NCBI GenBank assembly: GCA_036172245.1
Contig: JAYWIR010000002.1
Location: 5,828,001-5,892,000, forward strand
Reading direction: 5' to 3'
Length of the DNA: 64,000 nt
Origin: Raillietiella orientalis
Taxonomy: Eukaryota
The notes under the pieces are model-generated. The model searched no databases. It was not told the origin of the DNA and saw nothing but the letters and a program-made list of their open reading frames with translations. A program made the translations under genes and the position numbers. Positions 25,701 to 37,050 of the stretch are shown here, in pieces (position 1 is the stretch's first letter; the number at the start of each line of letters is the position of its first letter).

Positions 25701-26359
25701 CCTCAGGCATTTAGAGAAAACCGGCCATGCTGAGGAACTTGCGAGATACAGAGCCATAGAGGCACGTGGATCGTCGCGCGGGAAAGGAGGATACTCTAGC
25801 ACGAGGAACGCGCTTCTGGACGTCTCAATCCATGCGGGAAGGAAGCGCGCCTTTCTAAGATTCCTTGGCGATCCCCCTCTGCAGCATCTCACCGGCTCCC
25901 ACGCGATTGAGGAGGTACGCGAGCACTTTTTCCCCGTTCGGATCTGCATGGGGTGAGGTGGTGGGGGGTTCACGTTCTTTGCTCACCGGAACTCAGAACG
26001 CGCGCAAGCAGCGTCTTCGCCGCACGCGGGACCAAGTCTAAAGCAACCAAGTCTCCAGCTTCCTCCAGCAACATCGTCCGAGTCATCAAAATAAGCAGCA
26101 TCGCTCCTATTGGAGGAAGGTCGTGTTTCCAAAGTGTTGCTTCGGGGAACTTCCAGACGAGCACCTTCTTGCGGGTAGGGGAGGAAGATGCCACCTGCTA
26201 ACAGCAGAGGATTTGGGATGACATGTCGGATGTTGAGGCGCCTCGCACGCGCGCCGGTCCCTACCTTACCGCAAGCGAAGAGTTCGCGGGTGAGGAATTG
26301 TATCGATGGTGCGCGAACTCTGTTTGGAATGCATGTAGTAACTCTTCGAGTCAGGAGGT

Positions 26360-27240
26360 CACCTCCAAGGGGACTTCTTCATGAATCCAGGAAGGGTCCG
26401 GAGGAAGGAATTCGTTCCTCTCGCGCTTGGGAGGGAACCCCCGTCCTGGTTGTCTTCCGAAGGGAACCAGTAGTAAACCTCTTGCTGCTTCTCTTTCGAG
26501 GGACCACCTGGAGGGGACCAGTCCTGAATTTCTTCTCCACAGTGATTCCTGAAAAGGATTCGTTTCTTGTTTCCTCCTCTAAGGAGAACCCGGAAGGGCC
26601 GTTTCCAGACTTCCCTGAAAGACGCTCCGCGAAGGGAGCATTGCACTTCACACTCTGGAGAGCCATCAACCAGCTACATATACGCGATGGAAGGGGTCTC
26701 CCCTGAGGAAGAAACGACGATTTCATTTTTACAACCGGAGGAGAACCTCAAAGGACTCCTGAAGGGACCCCGAAGGGTGTTGATGAACTTCCAATCCCAG
26801 TCAGTCGACGGGAGCTTCTAACAAGGACGCGCCCGAAGTCCGTCAGCCAACCAGCGTTCATATTGCGTGGTCTGTGGAGGGACTCCAATCCTACGACGCA
26901 CCCATTTCTCAGCGTCGATGCTCCACGTGGGGATTCGAAACCACGACATCCGATGCCACGCGCAGGAACCTCAGCTACAAGGCCGCCAAAGAGGGTGCGG
27001 TGGGTTTCGGTTCTTCAGAAGCTCTTCCTCACAGTGAGCAGGGAGAAAACCTGGGAATGAGGAACTCCGCCTGTTCTCTTGTCTTCTTGGCTTTCGTCTT
27101 TTTGACTGCCATCTTCTTCAGTTCTCTTTCTACTTTTAGGGCACGCGCAAAAATGATCTGCTGCTGAATTCTGTTGACCATGCATCCGAATCTTTCCCAC
27201 CTTTCATGGCATCGACCTCGGTCTCTTGACCATTCGCGAA
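26360..27240 (-). mobile_element. gag remnant-retropepsin-tail, copy E
   Basis: Minus strand CVVGLESL...GWLTD (~26840-26900). The tail matches copies C, D and F at nucleotide level. tggtcaagagacc (~27221-27233) resembles the gag-region tggtcaaagaggag of copies A and B. Confidence 0.7.
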
Positions 27241-27268
27241 TGCCTCCTTCACACATCCTCAGCCATTA

Positions 27269-27741
27269 ATGCAGCAAAGCATCTGCATGCGGAAGGGTAA
27301 TCTGATTCTCCGAAAAATGGGGCTACAAAAAATGCGGAATGGAGATGCAGCCATCAAAACGCTGAAGGTCGAGTCTATCATCTATTGGGAGAAGGCATTC
27401 TCCCGAGACAAGCTTGCATCCAGTAATCAAAACTACTTATGTAAAGGAAAGTGTTTCATCTGGTTGATGTTGGAGCAACTGCAACTTAACTGAAACTTCA
27501 GAGAATCTCCAAGGCAATCAATCAACCAGGTTCGCATGCAACCACCAGCACAATGACAAGACAACGATCCTTCCAGATGCTCCAGACATGGCAGAAACCA
27601 CTCGTAATCGGCATCGGGTCGCCATGTGAGTTCTTGAAAGCTCATCTTCACTATACTAGAGCTCCTGCGGACCATTTTAGCATTCAATTGGGCTTGCTGT
27701 TGATTTGGCGGTTCCAGGACAAGGACAGGGTAAATCTTTGA
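27269..27741 (+). pseudogene. Endogenous viral element: RdRp core (pre-A to motif A) of Mononegavirales-like L, internally deleted
   Basis: EKAFSRDKL (D-K-A-x-S), SENL...STMT (E-x-N-L...Q-T-M-T) and CEFLKAHLHYTRAPADHFSIQLGLLL (D-F-x-K-W-N...L-x-x-L) occur in the correct order. Confidence 0.55.
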
Positions 27742-28029
27742 CGATGCATTCCTCACTCGTTTTCAGGGAGCCCCTAAATAAGCCTTTCGCGTCCATTCAA
27801 GGGGACACGTAAAGGCGACGTCGATGGGAGGTCTAAAAACGAGTGTTCTTAGAATCAAGTGTTTTCCCCAGAAAACTCCGGAATTTTCGGGTGAAGAGTC
27901 ACTAGCTAAAAGCATAAGAAGATCGACTTCCTCTACGACTTTAGTCTATTCGTTAATGATGTCTTGCAATTCCACCACGTCGCTATTCCATTAATTCCAC
28001 GCACCTTCACGTTAGGGATGTTGGTTTCC

Positions 28030-31000
28030 AAATGGAAATCCAAACACAATACTCATGGTCAAATTCACAATCAACTGCTTTATTCAAATCCGCAGAAGAG
28101 CCATGAGGTCGATTCGCTCCACAGAGAATGCACTCCGATTACTTTCCTTGTAGGTTGTGTCGTTTAGGTCTCAGAACTTCTAAAATATCCGTGGTCCGTC
28201 GAATGAGATGATGGCCTGGCACTCGATTGGCTCCAGAAGTTAGTGCCTGAACGACTTGTCGGGATATATCCGTGGTCCGTCGAATGAGATGATGGCCTGG
28301 CACTCGATTGGCTCCAGAAGTAAGTGCCTGAACGACTTGTCGGGATATATCCGTGGTCCGTCGAATGAGATGATGGCCTGGCACTCGATTGGCTCCAGAA
28401 GTAAGTGCCTGAACGACTTGTCGGGATATATCCGTGGTCCGTCGAATGAGATGATGGCCTGGCACTCGATTGGCTCCAGAAGTAAGTGCCTGAACGACTT
28501 GTCGGGATATATCCGTGGTCCGTCGAATGGGATGATGGCCTGGCACTCGATTGGCTCCAGAAGTAAGTGCCTGAAGGGCTTGTCGGGATATATCCGTGGT
28601 CCGTCGAATGAGATGATGGCCTGGCACTCGTGGAGTGCCTGAAGCTTGTCGGGAATATCCGTGGTCGTCGAATGTGATGATGGCCTGGCACTCGATTGGC
28701 TCCAGAAGTTAGTGCCTGAAGGGCTTGTCGGGAGATATCCGTGGTCCGTCGAATGGAATGATGGCCTGGCACTCTGATGGCCTGGCACTCGATTGGCTCC
28801 AGAAGTTAGTGCCTGAAGGGCTTGTCGGGAGATATCCGTGGTTCGTCGAATGGAATGATGGCCTGGCACTCGATTGGCTCCAGAAGTTAGTGCCTGAAGG
28901 GCTTGTCGGGAGATATCCGTGGTCCGTCGAATGAGATGATGGCCTGGCACTCGATTGGCTCCAGAAGTAAGTGCCTGAACGACTTGTCGGGAGATATCCG
29001 TGGTCCGTCGAATGAGATGATGGCCTGGCACTCGATTGGCTCCAGAAGTTAGTGCCTGAAGGGCTTGTCGGGAGATATCCGTGGTTCGTCGAATGGAATG
29101 ATGGCCTGGCACTCGATTGGCTCCAGAAGTTAGTGCCTGAAGGGCTTGTCGGGATATATCCGTGGTCCGTCGAATGAGATGATGGCCTGGCACTCGATTG
29201 GCTCCAGAAGTTAGTGCCTGAAGGGCTTGTCGGGAGATATCCGTGGTCCGTCGAATGAGATGATGGCCTGGCACTCGATTGGCTCCAGAAGTAAGTGCCT
29301 GAACGACTTGTCGGGAGATATCCGTGGTCCGTCGAATGAGATGATGGCCTGGCACTCGATTGGCTCCAGAAGTTAGTGCCTGAAGGGCTTGTCGGGAGAT
29401 ATCCGTGGTCCGTCGAATGGAATGATGGCCTGGCACTCGATTGGCTCCAGAAGTTAGTGCCTGAAGGGCTTGTCGGGAGATATCCGTGGTCCGTCGAATG
29501 AGATGATGGCCTGGCACTCGATTGGCTCCAGAAGTTAGTGCCTGAAGGGCTTGTCGGGAGATATCCGTGGTCCGTCGAATGGAATGATGGCCTGGCACTC
29601 GATTGGCTCCAGAAGTTAGTGCCTGAAGGGCTTGTCGGGAGATATCCGTGGTTCGTCGAATGGAATGATGGCCTGGCACTCGATTGGCTCCAGAAGTTAG
29701 TGCCTGAAGGGCTTGTCGGGAGATATCCGTGGTTCGTCGAATGGAATGATGGCCTGGCACTCGATTGGCTCCAGAAGTTAGTGCCTGAAGGGCTTGTCGG
29801 GAGATATCCGTGGTCCGTCGAATGGAATGATGGCCTGGCACTCGATTGGCTCCAGAAGTTAGTGCCTGAAGGGCTTGTCGGGAGATATCCGTGGTCCGTC
29901 GAATGAGATGATGGCCTGGCACTCGATTGGCTCCAGAAGTAAGTGCCTGAACGACTTGTCGGGAGATATCCGTGGTCCGTCGAATGAGATGATGGCCTGG
30001 CACTCGATTGGCTCCAGAAGTTAGTGCCTGAAGGGCTTGTCGGGAGATATCCGTGGTTCGTCGAATGGATGATGGCCTGGCACTCGATTGGCTCCAGAAG
30101 TTAGTGCCTGAAGGGCTTGTCGGGAGATATCCGTGGTTCGTCGAATGGAATGATGGCCTGGCACTCGATTGGCTCCAGAAGTTAGTGCCTGAAGGGCTTG
30201 TCGGGAGATATCCGTGGTTCGTCGAATGGAATGATGGCCTGGCACTCGATTGGCTCCAGAAGTTAGTGCCTGAAGGGCTTGTCGGGAGATATCCGTGGTC
30301 CGTCGAATGAGATGATGGCCTGGCACTCGATTGGCTCCAGAAGTTAGTGCCTGAAGGGCTTGTCGGGAGATATCCGTGGTCCGTCGAATGAGATGATGGC
30401 CTGGCACTCGATTGGCTCCAGAAGTTAGTGCCTGAAGGGCTTGTCGGGAGATATCCGTGGTCCGTCGAATGAGATGATGGCCTGGCACTCGATTGGCTCC
30501 AGAAGTAAGTGCCTGAACGACTTGTCGGGAGATATCCGTGGTCCGTCGAATGAGATGATGGCCTGGCACTCGATTGGCTCCAGAAGTTGGTGCCTGAAGG
30601 GCTTGTCGGGAGATATCCGTGGTTCGTCGAATGAGATGGTATGAAACTCGGTGTGCTCATGAAGTAATCATCTGAAGAAATTCCATCTCCTTTGCTGGCA
30701 TGGGTGACCAAAGAAGGCGTAGTTGTTTTCGCTCCGGTAAATGTTGTCATCGTTGAAGATGTTCTAGGTGTTGTTTTGGTGATTTCTGAAACCATCTCTT
30801 TGTATTTGTTCTCTGGAGCACTTGCAGTTCGGAGTTTGTAGAGTACATTTTGGGGATGTTTGTTTGATTGGTATCGGTGTTTTCCGTATGAAATCCTCCC
30901 ATTATATAGAAATGAGCCTGAAATGAGAGAGGTTTGTAACATATGGTTTTCTACTAAGAGTTGATTAGTACATGATTTCTGTTTCCCTCATTCATGCAAA

Positions 31001-31751
31001 ATTCATTATGAATTTGGTGCTGTGTCGGTGACGTCGTTGTCTGCTGGATGTAAAGTCCTTGTAAAGTTTTCCTGTTGAAATCTGATCAGCAGAAATTCGG
31101 ATATGCGATCAGTTTTCTTGTGCACTATGAATGAAATTGTGTTTGTCTCTAAATTTAGGTCCTTAGCAATAGCAGATTCCGAACAATGTGTGCCTTTTGA
31201 ATTGTAATTTTGCGTGCTGTGCGTCCGTTTACCAATGAGCTTTGGTGTAGTGGGACAGGTGGAATATCTGTCCTGTGCTTCAGCGATTTCTCTCATTTTT
31301 GACCTGGCTGTTGCAATGTTTCCCGAGTTTCTAATGCTGGAAAATTCATGGGTCAACGCAATGGATAACTTCGGGTTGTCTTCGTGATAGTTGCTGACTT
31401 TTGCTCGCTTCCTATTAAGATGTGACTTCTGTGGATTTCCTTACAAGGTGATATTGTAAGGAAGGGATTTTTCCAAGGGAACACCTCAATTCCTTAGCTA
31501 GGTCGTTCTTTCAGAGTGACCAACTAATAGCTCTATGTTTGAATTAGAAAGATTGTAGCGCAAGTATTTTCCACCTCAGTTTTCCGGCGGCACAGAAATC
31601 TGCATCCCTCAAAGTCTTTCCCGGTTTTGCAATTGAATGTAAGCGCAGCGACAAGCGAGTACCATTGCTGAAAGATTTCATCCCACAAAGTCAGAACTGT
31701 AAACTCACCTACGATGAGAAGAAAGGTAGCTGAACACATTGTGAACCTCAT
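28030..31751 (-). pseudogene. Broken secreted mucin-like gene: S/T-rich region, 27-aa repeats, possible MAM-domain start
   Basis: Signal-peptide-like start at 31751, with a candidate 41-nt GTGAGT..CAG intron (31708-31668). S/T/K-rich ORFs 31006..31356 and 30942 onward run into the repeat SHSTDHGYLPTSPSGTNFWSQSSARPS. After the array come LFCGFE* and DCEFDHEYCVW (28040-28097), MAM-like C-x-F-E/D...C...W. Multiple stops and frameshifts. Confidence 0.5.
28186..30638. repeat. Tandem array of about 30 near-identical 81-bp units
   Basis: Consensus TATCCGTGGTCCGTCGAATGAGATGATGGCCTGGCACTCGATTGGCTCCAGAAGTTAGTGCCTGAAGGGCTTGTCGGGAGA. Irregular units at ~28620-28790 and a 1-nt deletion at ~30068. Confidence 0.98.
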
Positions 31752-32499
31752 CCTGAACGTGTCTCAAATGTGTACTCACGACGCTTCCACTATTTCGTTT
31801 ATCCTCCCGTTTTTCAATTTCTCGGTGGAAATGTTGAAAAATGAGACAAGGTGAGCACGTGCTGTCATACGTCTTCTATTCATCATGGCAAATATGTTTT
31901 CAAAAGTACATCAGTGGTACTTCCAGGAGTGATTTCAATTCCTAGCTTCCCTTAATGATCTCATCGTAGTCCGGAAACCCAATTCCAGGAAATACATTGC
32001 GACAGAATTCACCTAGGTAATTCGAGCTCTGGTGATGCGAGCACGAGTGATCTCTAGTTGAGGTTTAGCCTTTCGTGTGCACAATTGTTCCAGGATTAGC
32101 AAACGCTCGTGATCTACTGCGCGTTAATGAAGAAAGCGAAAACTCAAGGATAAATTCAACCGGGAGCGCCGGGGACTCCGGGAGGTTTCTGAAGATGAGA
32201 ATCCCAAGGCTGGCGTTCGATTTCTCTTTGCAAATTTCGTGAGCTTTAGAAACATGGGAATGTTTTATTGGAGATTTTGGAAGAGAAAAAGAGTGCGGCA
32301 GTTCCCAACTGTCTTTCCTTTTCTTTTTTCCTTTTCCGTGTTTTCCTGGCTGCATACGGAATGAAAAAAATCCGTGACAAAAGCCCTGCAATCAGTCTTA
32401 AGAATATTCAAGGGAAATGCATTTGCTCCTAAGTGTTCGCCTATTGCGAGGAGCCGCGGCACATATTACTCCAGATGTGGATTTCAAAAGAAAGTCGAA

Positions 32500-34275
32500 A
32501 CGTCCACATTTTGTTACGATGCATTGGTGTTTGCAATGTTCGTATTCTCAGTCAACATGCTTGCTACACGGAAGAGTGTTCTTCGCGACGGTCGTGCGGT
32601 CGACAGCAACGCACTTTGATGTTTGCGACTCGCACAGATGTTTTTCCTGATGCTGCTGCCGAGGATTCCGGGATCAGCTTCGTTGTCTGAGTTGCTTCCG
32701 CAGCTACCCATTTTCTATTCCGGATCACTTTTGTGCTCATGCGTGCCTCTGGAGGAAGGGCGTCGCTTCGGTGAGTGCATTCTGCCGCGCCACCCTGCTC
32801 TTCTCCCGTGCCACTCTTCGGTTGCGAAATGGCAAATGGGCCATCGTCTTGAGCGAAACTGTAGTAGGCGAAGCGTCGACATACGTGGCGCCAGGGAATA
32901 GGAAACCTCCCGGGAAAGGAAGGTGGAGCGTATCATAAGGAGGTTCGCATGGAAAACTGTTCCTTGATCCGCAGAGCGAGCTGGAGTTGTTGATTGCTAA
33001 TATGTGTTGGGATTCTCGCGATTCCAAAAGCTTGTTTCCCAGGGACACAGGAATTCGGTGCAGGTTGCCAAAGATGTAAGGAGAGAAAGGAAATTGCGTC
33101 CTTCAGAGGGAGGGAAGCCGTGGCAAGGAATTTGTTAAGTGAATCCACCAGGACAAGAGTTGAAAGTTTACTCAACCAACGCGAGTTCAATAACGATTGC
33201 TCCAGAATGATCAGCTGTCAAAACTCAATGCCTGTGGGGGCTATTTAGATCAATCGGTTCTTCGCGGTTCTTATTGCGCGGTCTTGGACATCTCCAAAAC
33301 CTGACCACTGCACGGCAGGAGGCATCATTCGGTTGCTGGGAGAACCACAGTCAAACCATTTGATCTTTTCGCCTGGCAACAAGTCACCCCATCCCGTGCT
33401 CTTCTTCTTATGCTTGGAAAAGGTAGGCAATGATTCGATGGTGACATCTGTTAAGCACGAGGAGTTAGGTGGAGATTTCGATCCGCAAAATTCCCAGCTT
33501 AACAGGCACGAGTAACCTGACTGCGGGTTGCCTCGTGCTGCAAGAGATCATCGCTGGATAGCAAGCGATACCTTGGCATCTCTTGCATCCACTGATTCTC
33601 AAGACTGCTGCAGTTTATGTCATAGTTGGACAGAAAGGGCGAAGGGCAACCTTCATACTGACGATCTTCTGGGTAGCTTCATAGGGGCCGTTCCTTCATG
33701 ATCTCAACACTTAATCAGCAATTTTTTCCAAAGGATGCTGATCAGCCGAGATCAGTCGGTAACCATGTACCTCATCACACACTTCATTCTTTAAGAAATT
33801 TTTGAAGCTGTCGATGCCTCCTCATCAAGGATTTTTGCATTTTAAGGAACGCACTGAGATATTCACGAGAGAATCCATGCGGGAGCAAATGCAGATGTAA
33901 TGAACATTTGCAATCCCCAGATACCAAGGCATTAATATGAACTCTAAGGCTGTGTTCATTCTATTCAGATTTATAAGGAGTACTTGAGACAGTCTTCTGA
34001 AGCTAGTGAGTCTATCCATAATCAGATTTATCTACGAGGGAGGCGAGTCAGCAGAACCAAGGGTGCATGGGGTACTGGAGTTGCACAAACCAGTTCCAGA
34101 ACAAATGCACAGGAAAGTTTCAGATTCTGGATGCGTGGAGCATTTTGAAAAATGGCATCATTTGAGCAGCTTATTAGACCTAACGATCATTGGGTTTGGT
34201 GAATACGAAGAGCAACTGTTGAGGACGCTTTCGTGTAATTGAGGAGAATTCATTCCTGGAGAGTAACATATCCTG
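32500..34275 (-). pseudogene. Endogenous viral element: Mononegavirales-like L from end of RdRp through capping (PRNTase) domain
   Basis: In order on the minus strand: FILMPWYLG..SRMDSL (P-x-x-L-G-G...R-x-x-D-P-L), LISADQHPL, VALRPFCP, FG/SKT (G-x-x-T across a frameshift, ~33283-33300), FSPYIFGNLHRIP (HR motif, 33055-33069) and PF/REV (P-F-Q-E-like). Confidence 0.75.
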
Positions 34276-34859
34276 CCGGCGTCTCCTCCCCGAAAGATTT
34301 TAACTTCCACTATCCCGTGTATCGCGCGTGACAAAAACCTGGATCCTCCACATCGAGGGCTTGGAAAGCTACGGAATTACCGTTATCTCAGACGATCAGG
34401 CTCGAAGGCGGAAAAAAAAAAATTGAAATTCCTTGTAGGCGGCACCACCAGCCAGATGCGATCCACAGATGGTTTTCCTGGATCTCGCACAGGTGAAAAA
34501 TACAATGGTTCCGCCACCTCGAAGACAGCTGCCAATTTCCATGCCATCTACGATAAACACGTGCATTACGATGTGAGCAGTATAATGTTCGTGGGCAGAT
34601 CTTTGATCTTGTACCCCCACGCGCCATTTGTAGCTATTAACTCATGAGCAGCTTTCCAAACATGGCGGGGGTCCTCACACAAGTTCCGTCCTTACCAAGG
34701 ATGCACTTCGGGTCTTCGTGTTTGACTTTCACGACGAAAGTCAGACGTCCTTCGCTGTGCGCCCTCCCTACGCTGTGAAGGAACATTCGCAAGAAAGCAA
34801 CCAGTTCACTGTGCGTGCGTGTGCGTGCGTGTGTTTTTTTCTCTTCGAATAAGCAATGC

Positions 34860-35792
34860 TGCGAGAATCCGTTGAGAAAACACCCTTCCGTCGGAGAGAG
34901 GAGGAGCTTTCAATTCAACTGTGTCTTGTATCTCGAAGAACCATTTCTTTCACGCCCGCTCTGGAGGCCGTGTGGCTGCTGCCTCCGCGCGTAGTACCAA
35001 GAGCTGCAAGTTCGAATTTCCACCCGGGTCGACTACGAGAATGGGGGGTGCGTCGTGGGTTTACAGTCCTCCTGCTAGACGACGCAATGCCTGGATACCC
35101 CCGTTGGCTGGCCGGGATCGGAAGTTGATCCACCAGGGTCCTTCCAGGAATAAGGGAACCGGCTCTCTTCAGGGTTTCCCTCCGGTTGGGAGAATGGAGC
35201 CGCCCTTCCCCTCTGGAAAGAGGTTCTTCATCGCGTACCGTGGAGTTAGTTGACGTCCATCTTGTTCTTCTTGGGGGTTGCCTCTCCAGAGAACTAGGAG
35301 CGCGTTGCTCCCTTCGGGGAACGCCCTTCGGAGAAATTTGGCGGCGTCGACTTCGGGGTTCTCTTCAGAGGGACAAGCCAGGAGCGGATCCTTTTAGAGG
35401 GATCCTATCAGAGAAGAAATTCAGGACTGGTACCCTCCGGGGGTCCCTCCGGAGAGAATAAGGGAGATGAAAGACAACCAGCGTGTGGGTTCCCTCCCAA
35501 GCGTAAGAGGAACGGCATCCTTCCTCCAGAATCTTTTTGGATCCATATGGTGCACCCTTTATCTTTACACCCTCCGGTTGGCGTGGACACTGTCAAAGAG
35601 CTAGGTGAGCTCCCTCTTCTCGCCTTCCCAAGGAGCGAATGGTTCTTCAGCACTTAGCGAACCAAAAAAAAAATGAAATAAAGGAAATCCGAGAAAAGAA
35701 AAAAAATGCAGCTGGAAGGAAAACAGCGAAATAGAGAAGAATCGCTTTGCGACTCCAGCGCGCCGATGAACGAGAGATCGTGTTTTCCTCTC
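34860..35792 (+). mobile_element. Retropepsin plus tail, copy F
   Basis: gcgtcgtgggttt (VVGL)...cgttggctggcc. The reverse complement of 35470-35550 matches the tail of copies C, D and E. Ends VDTVKE..gcgaaccaaaaaaaaaa. Confidence 0.7.
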
Positions 35793-36063
35793 CGGTTTGA
35801 CGGCGGCGATGTCGTCTGCCCAACTGTTCCTCGCGTTCTTCTGCCTCTTCATCGCTTAGCTGTCCTAGGAAGAATCCCTCCAGAGCATTCTCACGGAGAG
35901 CATTTCGAGAGGAAAACACGATCTCCCGTTCATCGGCGCGCTGGAGTCGCAAAGCGATTCTTCTCTATTTCGCTGTTTTCCTTCCAGCTGCATTTTCTTG
36001 TCTTTTCTCGGGTTTCCTTTATTTCATTTTTTTTAAGTTCGCCAAGTGCTGAAGAACCGTTCG
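35636..36063. repeat. Inverted repeat with ~155-bp arms (35636-35792 / 35907-36063) and ~115-bp spacer
   Basis: The arms are near-perfect reverse complements, e.g. tgcagctggaaggaaaacagcgaaatagagaagaatcgctttgcgactccagcgcgccgatgaacg. The ORF track shows the same peptide RRAGVAKRFFSISLFSFQLHF on both strands. Confidence 0.95.
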
Positions 36064-36162
36064 TCGCGCGAGTAGGCGCCGTCGGTATCCCACAGATCGA
36101 AGAGAAATGGGTTCCTGTGGCGGAAGGTCAGGTGACAGTGGAGTACCTTCACAGGTCGATCT

Positions 36163-36250
36163 CCCCAGAGGCGAGGGAATCGAACCCCGAAACGTAGTCG
36201 TCTCTGCAGAAGTTCTCAACCCCATCATCACCCTGCTACACCACGGGGTC
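36163..36250 (-). repeat. tRNA-like sequence (tRNA pseudogene or SINE head)
   Basis: Minus strand ccccgTGGTGTAGCAGG (A-box-like)...GGGGTTCGATTCCC (B-box/T-arm)...tgggg. The middle is too long and irregular for a functional tRNA. Confidence 0.5.
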
Positions 36251-36649
36251 CAGGAGCTATTCTCCGTGCCCTGCTCATGAACCGAAAATCGCTCAGGTCC
36301 ACGAATCCATGGGCTTCCAGCAGCTTTACGCTGCCACTCCGGTTTCCTGAGCACTCGCACATGGACTATGCAGTGCACGCGAGTAACACACGCGTGTCGA
36401 GTTTGGCCACGACATTGCCTTTTCTTTTGCGCGGCTACAAACAAAGTCTCCAAAGTGGTTGAGACCCGCGCACGATTCAAAGAGACTCTGCACCGCCTCC
36501 TCGGCTCCCGAAACTTCCAAAGATCCTAAGGTCCCCAAGATTTTTCCTGCCTCACGAATCGATCTTTCGTGGACGCACAAAAACCGAGCCAACCGAGGAG
36601 AGCAGCGCACATGCCTTTTTTTTTTTTTTTCCCGTCAGCAAGATGTCAG

Positions 36650-37050
36650 GTGAATGAGCAGCCACTGAGAACTGGAGGCCACCCATAAGGAATCTGTCCG
36701 CACGCCACTCTGGATGGAGGGCAGCTCCCCTAGTTGCGTGGTCGGTTTTTTATAGGGAAAAGCCACTGCGCGTCCCGGAGGCTTGGAGGACGGCTCTTTC
36801 CTGGGAACTTGGGGTTCGTGGAGGGATCTGGCGGGATGGCGGGAAGCAAGCAGCGGTCGCCTCAGTCTCGGAGAGGAACCACGTTTCCGCAGCGTGAGCG
36901 TCGGCAGGGGCTGCGCTCGCCTACGTCGCCCGAGTTTACCCAGCTGCCGTGGAATGGAATGGAACTCGTCCAAAGAGGAACTCTCCGAGAAGACACTGAA
37001 TTACGCACGGAAGTGAAGGAAGAGCTACTCGGCGAAGAACCGACCGACAG
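36650..37050 (+). mobile_element. Divergent retropepsin fragment, copy G
   Basis: LRTGGH (~36666-36685) and DGSFLGTWGSWRDLAGW have protease-like spacing. Confidence 0.35.

Noticed and set aside
28186..30638. CRISPR array
   Set aside because: The units are contiguous and near-identical with no unique spacers, the length is a multiple of 3, no cas genes are present, and the context is eukaryotic.
28240..30942. 900-aa ORF as a real protein
   Set aside because: It passes through three different readings of the same repeat because of indels. Only the first S/T-rich frame is continuous with the upstream unique sequence.
36163..36250. Functional tRNA gene
   Set aside because: There is no clean D or anticodon arm and the acceptor stem is imperfect. 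Kept only as tRNA-like.
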